Below are positions 24,072-36,235 of a DNA stretch of 64,000 nt, piece by piece (position 1 is the first letter of the stretch; every line of letters begins with the position of its first letter). The notes below the pieces were generated by a model that was given only the letters and a program-made list of their open reading frames with translations, was not told the origin of the DNA and did not search any database. A program made the translations under genes and the position numbers. Source of the stretch: Perkinsus chesapeaki ATCC PRA-425 (taxonomy: Eukaryota; Protista; Perkinsozoa); assembly GCA_013115145.1 (NCBI GenBank), contig JAAPAO010000094.1:1-64000 (forward strand), written 5' to 3'.

Positions 24072-27000
24072 ATGGCCACATCATCTCGCTATGTCTTACC
24101 GGACAACATCGATGTCCGCGAATACGACATTCATTTGAAGCCCAGCTTCGAGACCTTTCGCTTCCAGGGGACCTCCAAGATATCCTTGGCCGTCACCAAG
24201 CCTACAAGGGTCATCAAGCTGCATGCGAAGGAGCTTGCTATCGACCCTAAGGTGAGCTTGAGAGAATCTTGGTGGGACCTTTTGGCGTATCTGTTGTTGG
24301 TGCTCAGGTGACCTATACTCCAATTGGTAGTTCACCTATCACAGCCTCATCCGTTAGTGTGTCTAAGGCCGCTACGGAATGTACATTTGAGTTCCCCGAG
24401 GAACTTAAGGTTGGTGAGGGTGAATTAGCCATTGAGTATGTTGGAACACTTAATGATCAAATGGCTGGTTTTTATAGATCTGGGTAATAATACAGTACAA
24501 GTGGATGATATATACTTTAATAGATACGTTGACCAGTTTGGTAAAAATAAATATATGTTGAGCACCCAAATGGAGGCCATCGACGCCAGAAGGGCGTTCC
24601 CTTGTGTGGATGAACCAGAGCGCAAAGCTGTCTATAAGGTTACCATCACCACCGAGGCCAACCTCCAGGTGGGTCGCTACGGTCCCTACGTTTCTGAGAG
24701 GTTGATTATCTAGGTTATCTCTAACATGCCTGAGTCCTCTCGAACCATCTTCACCGTCGACAGCGGTGATGCCGCCAAAGCCTACCAGACCGTGTCGTTC
24801 ATGCCCTCCCCCAAAATGAGCTCCTATCTGGTTGCTTTCTGCGTGGGAGAATTCGAGTACGTCCAGGGGACTACCAAAAACGGCACTTTGGTGAGCTTTC
24901 AGTAACCCCGGTGGCCCCAGCAGAGCTCTTCTCAGGTTCGCGTCCTTTGTACTCCAGGCAAGCAAGCTCAGTGCACCTTCGCCTTGGACGTGGGCATTCG
25001 CTGCCTTGAATGGTACGGCGACGGCCCCTAGTGCTACAGTTTGACCTCAATACGTCAGGTACGAAGAGTTTTTCGGAATTCACTATCCTCTGCCTAAATT
25101 GGATATGATTGCTGTTCCCGATTTTGCCATGGGGGCCATGGAGAACTGGGGCCTGGTCACCTATAGGGAGATAGACCTCTTGTGCGACGCCGATAAGGTA
25201 GACCGAGCTCCCTTGTGTGTTTGTGGAAGCTGCCCTCAGGTTTCTGTAAATCGTCGCGCCAGACTGGCCACTGTTGTCACCCATGAGCTAGCCCATCAAT
25301 GGTTCGGCAATCTTGTTACCATGGAGTGGTGGGATGGCATCTGGCTTAATGAAGGCTTCGCTACCTTCATGCAGTATGCCTCCGCTGAAGCCCTTTTCCC
25401 CGACTGGGGCGTTTGGAACTCGTAAGCCGCCTGAGCCAATTCTCTTGTGACTGCCAACCTCAGGTACATCCACGAATCTTTCGAGCGCGCCTTGGCCTTG
25501 GATGGCCTTCGGTCAAGCCATCCTATTGTGGTCCCGATCCACAAGGCTGAGGAGGTCGAGCAGGTAAGCTGAAGGATGGCGCGGTTTCACAAGTTGCCTG
25601 TTGGTAGGTTTTCGATGCCATTTCCTACATGAAGGGCTCAGCAGCGGTACGGCAGTTGTTCGCCGTGGTCGGTGCTGAGAAGTTCCGTGATGGAGTTCGC
25701 CATTATATGAAGACTCACCAGTATGGGAACTCGGTTACAGATGATCTGTGGAGAGCTTTGGAGGAGGTAGTCTGAGGAGCGGTCGTAGAGCACAACGGGT
25801 TTGGTCAGGTATCTGGGCAACCGGTGAAGGAAATGATGGACTCATGGACAGATCAGATGGGATATCCTTTATTAGAAGTTGGTCCACGTGATACAAATGG
25901 TAACTGTAAAGTTACTCAAAGTTGGTTCCTATCTGATGGGTCAATAAAGCCAGGAGATGATGATAAGAAATGGGTTGTACCGATACTTATTGGTGATGAT
26001 AAAACATCATCTAATGAAATGGGTAAATTAACTATGATGAGAGATAAGACACAAACCATTAATGTTGGCAATGGTAAATGGGCTTTGTTAAATTATTGTG
26101 CTTGGGTGCCGTATAGAGTTCATTACACTTCATCTGATGAATATAATAAAATCCTCGCTGGTGTAACTGATAAGACTGTTCCCGTTCCCAATAGAGTTAA
26201 CCTTTTGGGTGATATCTTTGCTTTAACCAAAGCTGGACGTGTTAGCCCTGAAGATGCTCCTCGAGTATTAAAGGCGTATAGCAACGAGACCGATGCGGAT
26301 GTATGGGATGCTTTATCTAATCTTATCGGTGGACTTTCGACTATCTGTACTGGTCTTGGTCGTACGGCTGAACTCGATAAGTTGGTATCTGATATGATCG
26401 CTCCTCAACTTAATAAAGTTGGTTGGGAAAGGAAGGCTGGCGAAAGTCCAAAGGATCGTCAGCTGAGAGCTTGCTTGGCTGGTTTGGCATCCCAACATTG
26501 TGCTTCCGATAAGTCACTCGCCACGAAATGTGCCGAAATGACTCGGGCTTTCTTGGAAAATCCCGACGCCCTCGCCGACGATGTTCGTGTTCCTGTGTTC
26601 CGATTAGCCTTGGCCGGCAGCGATCCTTCAGTTGGTGAGGAGTTGTGGAATGAGCTCATCAAGGTGGCCGAAAGATACGAGACCCCACAGGGCTGCCGGA
26701 TGGACATTTATTTGAGCATCGGCTATATTGCCAGCCCTGCCCTTAAGAAGCGCACCCTCGACAAGTGCCTTACTAATTTCATCAAGCCTCAGGACTTCTT
26801 CTACCCCATGGGCGCGGTTCGAACCTCAACCGTTGAAGCGGGCGATTTGACCTGGCAGTGGCTGTTGTCGAATTTCGATGCCTGTCGATCTCGAGTGGCC
26901 ACCGCCAGTCCTTCCTTGCTCGCTGCAGTCGTGTCCAGCTGCGCGAGAGGCTCAGTTACCTATGAGATGGCCGACAATGTAGAGAAGCTGGCCAGCGATA

Positions 27001-27446
27001 AGGGACTTACTTCGGTAGGTTATGGGATACTTCCTCCAACATCCAGGTTTGGAGAGTCTCGATTAGTCCCTTTGAATCTTAAGCAATGTACCCTTAATAC
27101 GAACACATTCGATTCTTGCGGTTTTTCTATCCCCTTTTTGATGTGGATTTTTTTCCGAGGGAATAAATTTAACAAAATGTGGCATTGCCTGTCATTTCGA
27201 ATGGCACGGAATTTAGCCTGTTTTTCCGCCTTGCAGCACTCAGAAGTGCATTGGCTTGACACCGTTGACGGTGGGTAACTCGTCGGGCTCAACAACTGAG
27301 AAAGGCCAACGGATATTCCATTATTTTTTCATCAGATATCGCGAATCATCTCCCAAATATGCGAGAACATCCGATCCAACGCAGCCCTGGTCGAGCGTGC
27401 TAAGAGCAGTGCCATCGCCTCTCCCGCATTCTGGCAGAGCCTCTAA
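24072..27446 (+). CDS. M1 family aminopeptidase, tandem copy 2
   Basis: [28 protein letters not shown]...WLNE, ISYMKG; same intron positions as copy 1. Confidence 0.95.
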
Positions 27447-27652
27447 GCTCTGCAGCGTTTTCCCCGACTGCCGGTCAAACCGTCATTTTCGGGCTCCCGC
27501 CCGCTCCACTATGAACACCATTCGTGGAGCGCTATTTTTTCTGTGATATCTTTGCTCCGTGTGTAAGGAGATTTTTGAGGTAACCTTAATAGGATTGGCG
27601 AGTTGTGTTTTCAAATCTTACGAGGCAACAGGAAAGTATTTTTTAAACGACA

Positions 27653-30600
27653 ATGACAGACGTTCTACCGAAGAACATTTCGGTAAAAGAATATGATATC
27701 CACATAAAGCCCAACCTGGAAACGTTCCAGTTCGAGGGTTCCTCAAGGATCTGTTTAGCCATCACTCAGCCGACAAAGTCTATCAAGCTGCACGCGAAGG
27801 AGCTGGCTTTCGAGCCTAAGGTACAACCGTCCGGGTATGCGTCACGCGCCACAGCCGCTGTCCCCTTTACAGGTTGTTTTTGCTCCTTCTGAAGGCGAGC
27901 CTATCGAGGCCTCGTCCGTCCGGCTGCTCCCAGACTCCAGCATTGTCAGCTTCGAATTTGATGAGGAACTACCAGCCGGATTTGGTGTACTTAGCGTGGA
28001 ATATGTCGGCACTATAAACGATCAGATGGCAGGTTTTTACAGATCAAGGTGGGCGGCTGGACACTCGTAGCTGGGCTCATCTGCAGTGTTCAGTTACACT
28101 GACCTAAACGGAAAACAGCGATTTATGGGAACAACGTTTTTTGCACTGATCCATGCCAGAAGAGCCTTCCCTTGCATTGATGAGCCCGAGGCCAAGGCCA
28201 TTTTCAAGATCACTATATCTTGCGATGCCCGGTTGCAGGTAGTCGAGAGCTCCAGCGAAATGTGTTGGGCATGTGCTTTTTCTAGGCTATCTCTAATATG
28301 CCCGAGGCCTCCAGAAGCCTCTACAATGGCGGCAGTCCAGATGCCCCTGTGCCCTATCAGAAGGTTGAGTTCATGCCCACCCCCAAAATGAGCACCTATT
28401 TGGTTGCCTTTTGTATAGGACAGTTCGAGTACCTTCAAGCGACCACTAAGAACGGAACTCTGGTAGCCTTTCGGGGCGCATCAATCTTACATTCGGAATC
28501 CATTTAAAGGCGAAGCTCGCACCGACTGCTTAGCGACGCCAGCACGACGTTTTTCGAAAATTCGGCTCTACCCTCCCGTTGGAGCTCCTTATTTCGAGGT
28601 GTATCGGAAAATACGTCTTTACGAGGGTTGAGAATATGATTCTTAAGTTCAGGTTCGAACGATCTGCACCCCCGGGAAGAAGGATCTCTTGCACTTCGCG
28701 CTTGACTGCGGTGTGAAGGCGATAGAATGGTGAGCGGTCTCCGCTACTCACATCATTGAGATGCTCCTATCAGGTACGAAGACTTTTTTGGTCTCCGTTA
28801 TGCCTTGCCCAAGATGGACATGATCGCTGTTCCTGATTTTGCCATGGGGGCAATGGAGAACTGGGGCCTGGTCACCTATAGGGAGACCGACCTGTTATGC
28901 GATCCTCGAAAGGTAGTGGTAGATCGCCGCTTGAAGTTACCGCGTCCCTTTAGGCCTCTGTATCTCGTATGACACGTGTCGCCACGGTTGTTGCCCACGA
29001 GCTGGCTCATCAATGGTTCGGCAATCTTGTGACCATGAAATGGTGGGATGAGCTTTGGCTTAATGAAGGCTTCGCTACCTTCATGCAGTATCTTTGCACA
29101 GATGCTTTAATGCCCGAGCTGGGCGTGTGGAATATGTAAGGAAGGCACCAAATGAGCTCGGATATTGAATCGCAGGTATATATCGGACACGTTGGAAGGA
29201 GCCCTCGGGTTGGATGGATTGAGATCAAGCCATCCTATTGTGGTCCACCTTGATAGCGCCGAGGAGGCCGAGCAGGTACTTGGGAGCCAGGGAGGGCTGG
29301 GAACTTGCTCACACTTTACAACCACCTGGTATTCACGTGAAATCAGCCGCAGAGTTGATATTACTTCATAAGTTCCGCTCGATATTATACTATGGGCTTT
29401 TATAAGGTGCTCGACTACATATCCTACAGGAAAGGCTCTGCAGTGGTGAGGATGCTTTGGAGCTTCGTTGGTGGCGAGAAGTTCAGAGAGGCTCTCCAGT
29501 TGTATATGAGGACCCACCAGTACGGTAATGCTACCACAGATGACCTTTGGAACGCTGTCGAGGAGGTACGCGGCCGAGGGGCCACTTACTGCAGTACATT
29601 TGGTGGATGTCAGGTATCCGGGCAACCGGTGAAGGAAATGATGGACTCATGGACGGATCAGATGGGATATCCTTTGTTAGAAGTTGGTCCACGTGATACA
29701 AATGGTAACTGTAAAGTTACTCAAAGTTGGTTCCTATCTGATGGGTCAATAAAGCCAGGAGATGATGATAAGAAATGGGTTGTACCAGTCTTGGTCGGTG
29801 ACGAGTCAACACCAGCCGAGTCTCTCGGACGCCTAACTCTACTGAGGAGCAAAGAAGCCGGTTTTAGTGTTGGTCCCAGCAAGTGGTATATGTTTAACTG
29901 GGGGGCGTGGGTGCCATACAGAGTGCTCTACACCTCATCCAGCGACGTTGATGCCATTCTCAAAGCGATTGCCGCCTTGGAGATTCCCGTGGCCAATAGG
30001 ATTCATTTCGTTTTCGATGCTCTGGCGCTCTGTAAAGCCGGTCGGGTGCCCCCAGAGGAGCTACCGAAGGTGCTTCTTGCCTACAGGAACGAGACCGATC
30101 CCGATGTCTGGGACGCTCTGGTCCGCGTGATCGGTTCGCTGAACCTAATTTGCTCTGGCATCGGTAAAGGAAAGGATCTCGAGAATCTTGTCTGCGGAAT
30201 GATCTCGCCGCTGTTGGCGAATTGTGGCTGGAAAACTAGGAATGGTGATACTGCGAAAGACCGTCAGCTGCGGAGCGCCATCACAGCCCTGGCCAGCAGC
30301 TATTGCCGGTCGGATAAAGCTCTTGTTGATTCATGCGTGGAAATGACTTTGGATTACCTCGATGACCACAAGAGTGTTGCCGACGACGTCCGGCCATCGG
30401 TGTTCAAATTGGCCCTTGCTGGCAGCGATCCAGCTAAGAGTGAGGAGCTTTGGAGGGAGCTTATGAGGAGGGCAGAGGACAAAGGGACACCACAGACGGA
30501 GAGAGTGGATATATATCATGCTATAGGGTAATACTTCAAGGCCACCGATCGATATTGAAATCACGCGGGAAGGGGGGCTGTGATTAGCGGTAGCTCAATT

Positions 30601-31351
30601 GTGGAGCTCCGAGAGCGCGAGCAAATATTTAGTACCAGTTTGTCACATGTCTGTTGTGCAAATTGTCCCCTTTTCCAACAGCCCATCCCGGATGGCAATC
30701 TAGATCTAGAAGGCAATCTTCGGCTCGGGATAGGATTCCTTTCTGTATTTTTGAGCGGAGCGATGCTAACAGTAGTTTCTCTCTCTTCAGATTCGTATCT
30801 AGCCTTCCCCTTAAGCGTAAGGTCCTCGAGTGGTGCCTTACCGATACTGTGAAGACCCAGGACTTCTTCTTCCCGATGGCCAGCGTCCGCATTTCCTCCG
30901 AAGAGGGTGCCGATCTCGCTTGGAACTGGTTGGAGGCTAACTTTGATGCTGTTCATAAGAGAGTTGCCACGGCTAGTTCGACACTGCTGGCATCTGTTAT
31001 AGGAAGCTGCTCGAGGAACGCGTGTACAGAAGACATGGCTCAGCGAGTTGAGCGCATCGCAGCGACCAACAATCTCAAGGAGGTACTATCAGGAATGGGT
31101 ACCAGTGTGGCGGGTCGGGGTGAAATGCCTGAGGGGCAGCTTGGTTCACAATTGCCGATCCTGTATCGTGAAACGTCCAGCCTCAGTATCTTCCTCTAGT
31201 TGCATGCCATATCGTCTGTCTTTGCCAGATATCTCGGTCAACATCGCAGATAGCGGAGACTATCCGATCGAATGCAGCCGTTGTTAAGAGAGCAGCGGAA
31301 TCGCCGCTCGCCACCGAGGCGTATTGGCAAGGCCTCTTCACCACCCTTTAA
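27653..31351 (+). CDS. M1 family aminopeptidase, tandem copy 3 (divergent TQxE motif, one extra intron)
   Basis: [14 protein letters not shown]...WLNE and ISYRKG intact; the TQxE motif reads [15 protein letters not shown]; extra intron at 30528-30790. Confidence 0.93.
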
Positions 31352-31469
31352 GTGTTTGATATGTTCTCATAAGTTTATCACAGTACTGAGCGTTGAGCGT
31401 TGAGACGGCCCGTGGGTGATTTTTCTCAGTGCATAACTACACTGGACTCCTTACCCTCATTTCCCTATA

Positions 31470-34400
31470 ATGGCAGATAACACCGCCAGTCTACTAGACA
31501 GCCACGTACACGTCAAGGAATACGATATCCACCTCAAGCCCAATTTCGACACTTTCCGCTTTGAGGGAGCATCACAGATATCTTTGGATGTCGCCGAACC
31601 GACCAAGGTCATCAACTTGCACGCCAAGGAGCTGGCCATCAATGCCGGGGTGAGCTGATCACTCGCTAATCCCTATTCAGTAATATTACTGATAGGTAAC
31701 TCTCGAGTACCCATGCAGCGGAAAGGTGTATCAAGCTGACTCTATAGCAGTCAGCGAGAAGGACACCACTTGCACCTTCACCTTTGCAGAGGAGCTTACC
31801 GCTGGTGCAGCAATCCTCAAAGTGGACTTCGTTGGCACCCTGAATGATCAGATGGCCGGCCTTTACCGCTCAGCGTAAGCCGCGTGAAGCTAAAGCCACA
31901 GACTCCGTTGGCAGGTACGTCGACCAGTATGGCAAACCGAAGCATCTGTTGTGTACCCAAATGGAGGCCATTGATGCCCGACGGGCTTTCCCTTGCATTG
32001 ATGAGCCCAGCGCCAAGGCCGTATTCCGCATCACAGTCACGACCGAGGCCTATAGACAGGTACGCAGAAGCGAGGTGGCCTAGTCGAATGTTTCGGTCCA
32101 GGTCATTTCCAATATGCCAGAGGCCTCGAGGGCTCTCTTTGCCAAGGAGAACAGCGATAGTCTCATGCAGCGGGTTACCTTTATGCCCTCTCCCCTTATG
32201 AGCCCCTATCTTGTTGCGCTGGTCGTTGGAGAGTTCGAATTCTTACAGTCCTCGACCAAGCGTGGCACACTCGTAAGCACTTCATCAGCCATTTTGACCA
32301 GCACCATTGGCCATTCAGGTCCGGGTGTTGGCGACACCAGGAAGGAAGGAGCAGTGTCACTTCGCCCTGGATGTTGCTACTCGTGTCTTGGAGTGGTAGG
32401 CCATCCGTCATCGACCAAGTGCTCCACCTTCCCTCAGGTACGAGACGTTCTTCGGCATGCCTTACCCTCTGCCGAAGCTCGACCTTGTTGCCATTCCCGA
32501 TTTTGCCTGTGGTGCTATGGAGAACTGGGGACTTGTCACCTTCCGAGAAGTTGACCTCCTTTGTGATCCTGCCAAGGTAAGCAAAGGCTGGTTCGTGAGC
32601 ATCGGTGGATCTCGTGCGAGGCTCAATTTTAAGGCTGCATGCTAGGATTGATTATCTTCAATGGTGGCGGTGCGAAAAGTGCGATTAAGCCGCAACCTTG
32701 TAAAATAATGTGTTTTAAATAGCCCGAGCACATCTCATTAGTTCCCACGTAGTAGTGCTCCGCTGAGAGATATTTCCAAGCCATTTATTGTGCTTTTCAC
32801 AAGCTTTTTGTTCAGGTGTCAGTCGGCACCCGCAAGCGCGTGTCTACTGTCGTTGCTCACGAGCTGGCTCATCAATGGTTCGGCAATCTTGTTACCATGG
32901 AGTGGTGGGATGATCTCTGGCTTAATGAAGGCTTCGCTACCTTCATGGAAAATCTCTCGACCGACGCTCTCTTCCCCGATCTTGGCGTCTGGAATATGTA
33001 AGCCTCCTTGAAGCGCCTCCACTGCTGTTGCTCAACTCGCTCGCAGGTACGTGAGCTCTGATCTCGAGAGCGCCCTCCATCTCGACGGCATGAGGTCCAG
33101 TCACCCAATAAAGGTGCCGATCACCGCTGCCGAGGACGTTGATGAGGTGAACGACAGCCGGCCATCTGAGAGACACTTTTTGTGTCATAGGTGTTTGACG
33201 CTATCTCCTATGAGAAGGGGTGTGCCATTGTGAGGACCCTGTGGGCCGTACTTGGGCCTGATGCCTTCCGTAAGGGTGTGCAGATCTATATGGATCGTCA
33301 CCAGTACAGGAATACACAGACCTCTGATTTGTGGACAGCCTTCGAGGAGGTAAAGGCGACAAGCCAGCCATGCGGGATTGCGATTTCATCAGGCCTCGGG
33401 GCAACCGATCAAGGAAATGATGAACTCATGGACAGATCAGATGGGATATCCTTTATTAGAAGTTGGTCCACGTGATACAAATGGTAACTGTAAAGTTACT
33501 CAAAGTTGGTTCCTATCTGATGGGTCAATAAAGCCAGGAGATAATGATAAGAAATGGGTTGTACCGATACTTATTGGTGATGATAAAACATCATCTAATG
33601 AAATGGGTAAATTAACTATGATGAGAGATAAAACTCAAACCATTAATGTTGGTAATGGTAAATGGGTTGCCCTTAATTATGGTTCCTGGGTCCCGTACAG
33701 AGTGTACTACAGCAGCCCTGACATGCGAGCTGCCCTTGCTCAGGCAGTAGCGGACAAAACTCTCCCCGTGGCCGACAGGATACAGCTTCTCGCCACCACT
33801 AGAGCTCTGGCTAAAGCAAAGCGCTTGACAGTGTGCGAGGCTCTGAACCTTCTCACTTTCTATAAGAACGAGGACGATGCTGATGTATGGGACGCCATAG
33901 CTATCGCCATCTCTGCCCTCGATACCGTCTGCATTGGTGTCGGACGCGGTGATGAAATGAACAAGCTGGTTACTGAGCTCATCGAAGGCCGCCTTGCTCG
34001 GGTTGGTTGGGACTCCAAGCCCACGGACAAGTCCAAGACCAGACAGCTTCGAAGCACTCTGGTGAGATTGGCCAGCAAGTACTGCCACAGTAACAAGGAG
34101 ATGGTAGAGAATGCCTGTCAACGTACCCAGGCTTACTTGGAGGATCCCTCCTCGCTCCCGGCAGATATCCGCAGCTCGGTCCTGAAGCTTGCACTGGCCG
34201 GTGGCGGCAACTTCTGGAACGCTCTGAGGGAGCGTGCTGAGCGCTACGATGTTACCAAGACTGAGGTTGTGGACATTTACGCCTCGTTGGGTTACGTCAA
34301 GGATAAGCGTCTCAAGCAGCGCACACTGGAGTGGAGTCTCGATCCTATCGTCCGACCTTCCGATTACTACACAGTGATGGCCTCTGTACGGTCCTCCTCA

Positions 34401-34764
34401 CCTGAGGGTGCCGACATGGCCTGGAACTTCCTCGTCACCAGATTTGACGAAATTAAGGGCAGAGTGTCGACTGCCTGCTCATCGCTCCTGACATCTGTCT
34501 TCTATTCTTGCGCGGGAGGAAGCTCCGATGCCTCACGGGCAGACACACTGGAGCACATGCGAACTGAGAAGAAGCTGAATGCTGTAAGTCTTTGATTGGC
34601 CTATGCGAGTCCTTTATTTCCTTTTGCCTGTTCAGATAGCACGCGCGCTCTCGCAACTGGTCGAATCGATTCGGAGCAATGCTGCCGCAGTGGAGCATGC
34701 CCGGGATTCCGATGTGACCAGGGACGAATTCTGGAGTGAGCTCTTCTCAATGCTCAACAACTGA
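31470..34764 (+). CDS. M1 family aminopeptidase, tandem copy 4
   Basis: [28 protein letters not shown]...WLNE, ISYEKG; terminal exon [19 protein letters not shown]. Confidence 0.95.
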
Positions 34765-34880
34765 TATAAGATACCCGAGACAGTTTCTCAGCCTTCCCAA
34801 TTTGAAGGCCCTCCACTACGTTTGTGTTCGTCTCATTCTTTATACTAATAGATGGCGTTTCATTGAAATACATTTCGTTT

Positions 34881-36051
34881 ATGTTGAGTGTCATTCCCGG
34901 CCCGTTGCCTGGAGTAGTGCTACCCGCCGCTTTAGTTGCTCCAGGTGGAATGTCTGTGACTCCCACTCTCCGGATTTCGCGTTCGGCGGGGCTCCTGACT
35001 CTTCCATCAGACGCCGACGCCCTCGTTAGTTTTGTCAAGAGATCGGTGTCGCACAAAGTTATGGATGCAGCTGTTTGGAACGGCGTCGCGGCCAGATCGA
35101 TGGCCATGGGTGACGTGCTCAGTGGCCAGCAGCTCACCTCGGTGGTCCGAGGCTTCAACAAGATGAATCTCAGCCACAGCGACATGTACGTCGCAAGCCT
35201 CGCACGGCAGTTGAAGCCGCTCCTCAGTTATCCTTTTCTGGAGACCTTCATCCCGCCACGATTGCCGAGGTTCACCCCGATGGACCTTTCCCATTTGATT
35301 AGCGGTTACGTTCACGTAGCGCACCGGAGTGACGAGACGTTCCTTGGGGCATGTGCCGATGATCTATCCTGCGATAGAAGGAAGTTGGCCAGCCGGCAAG
35401 GTAAAACGTACAACGACTGGTAAGGCGCCACTGGTGACCGACTCCGGAGAGATTGCTTGCGCAGGCGTGCGTGGGAGAATTTGGTTGTCGCCTACGCAGA
35501 TGCGAACGTGAAACACAAAAAGCTCTTTGAGACCGCTGCCCCAAAGCTTTATGAGAATGTAAAGGACTAGTGCTGGCGAATGAGTGGTTGATGGTCTATT
35601 CAAGGTCCATCTTCTTAAGGGGCACGACTGTGCTCGGATACTGACGGCCCTGGTCAAATGCGGATTCGTTCACAAGAAACTTGTATCACTTATCAGGAAA
35701 GGCCTACCCACAATGACTTGCAGTAAGAACTGTGGGCTCAGCTGGAGGGTCTCGGAAAATCTTCGGAAGTTCATGACCGTGGATTGACCATACGCATGCC
35801 TTGTGTTGATTGCTTTTCAATGAATCGCGTTTTCGGAACATATGCAATTTTGAACATGACATTTCCACGATTAGGATCGTGCAGGTATTGGCGTTAACAA
35901 CGGTTTACAGTGTGCATCCCTGGGATTGGTAGGTACAGATGATCTAGAGCAGATCTGCCGATTATTCAACAGTATGGGGATTCAAGACGAGTTTGCAGAG
36001 AAGCTGCTGCGGTATAGAAAGGCGGAAGTACTGGACGATGTGAAAACATGA
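34881..36051 (+). CDS. Alpha-helical repeat protein (HPR/OPR/FASTK-like), probable organellar RNA-binding protein
   Basis: Long first exon with repeat-like helices LSGQQLTSVVRGFNKMN, FTPMDLSHLISGYVHV and LKGHDCARILTALVKCG; basic, hydroxylated N-terminus. Confidence 0.55.
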
Positions 36052-36235
36052 GTGTTTCCGAACACCACGTTGCAGCGTTGCTCTTAGTTGATCCCCGTAC
36101 TATTCAGGACTGGGAGACTGAAGGGAGTTACTCCCAATCCTCAAAGGCTTGCCACCTGTTGTTCAACACTCTCCCGGCTCACTGCATGTACTTAACTCAA
36201 TACACTATCATCCACGACGCCATCAACCGGTTGGT

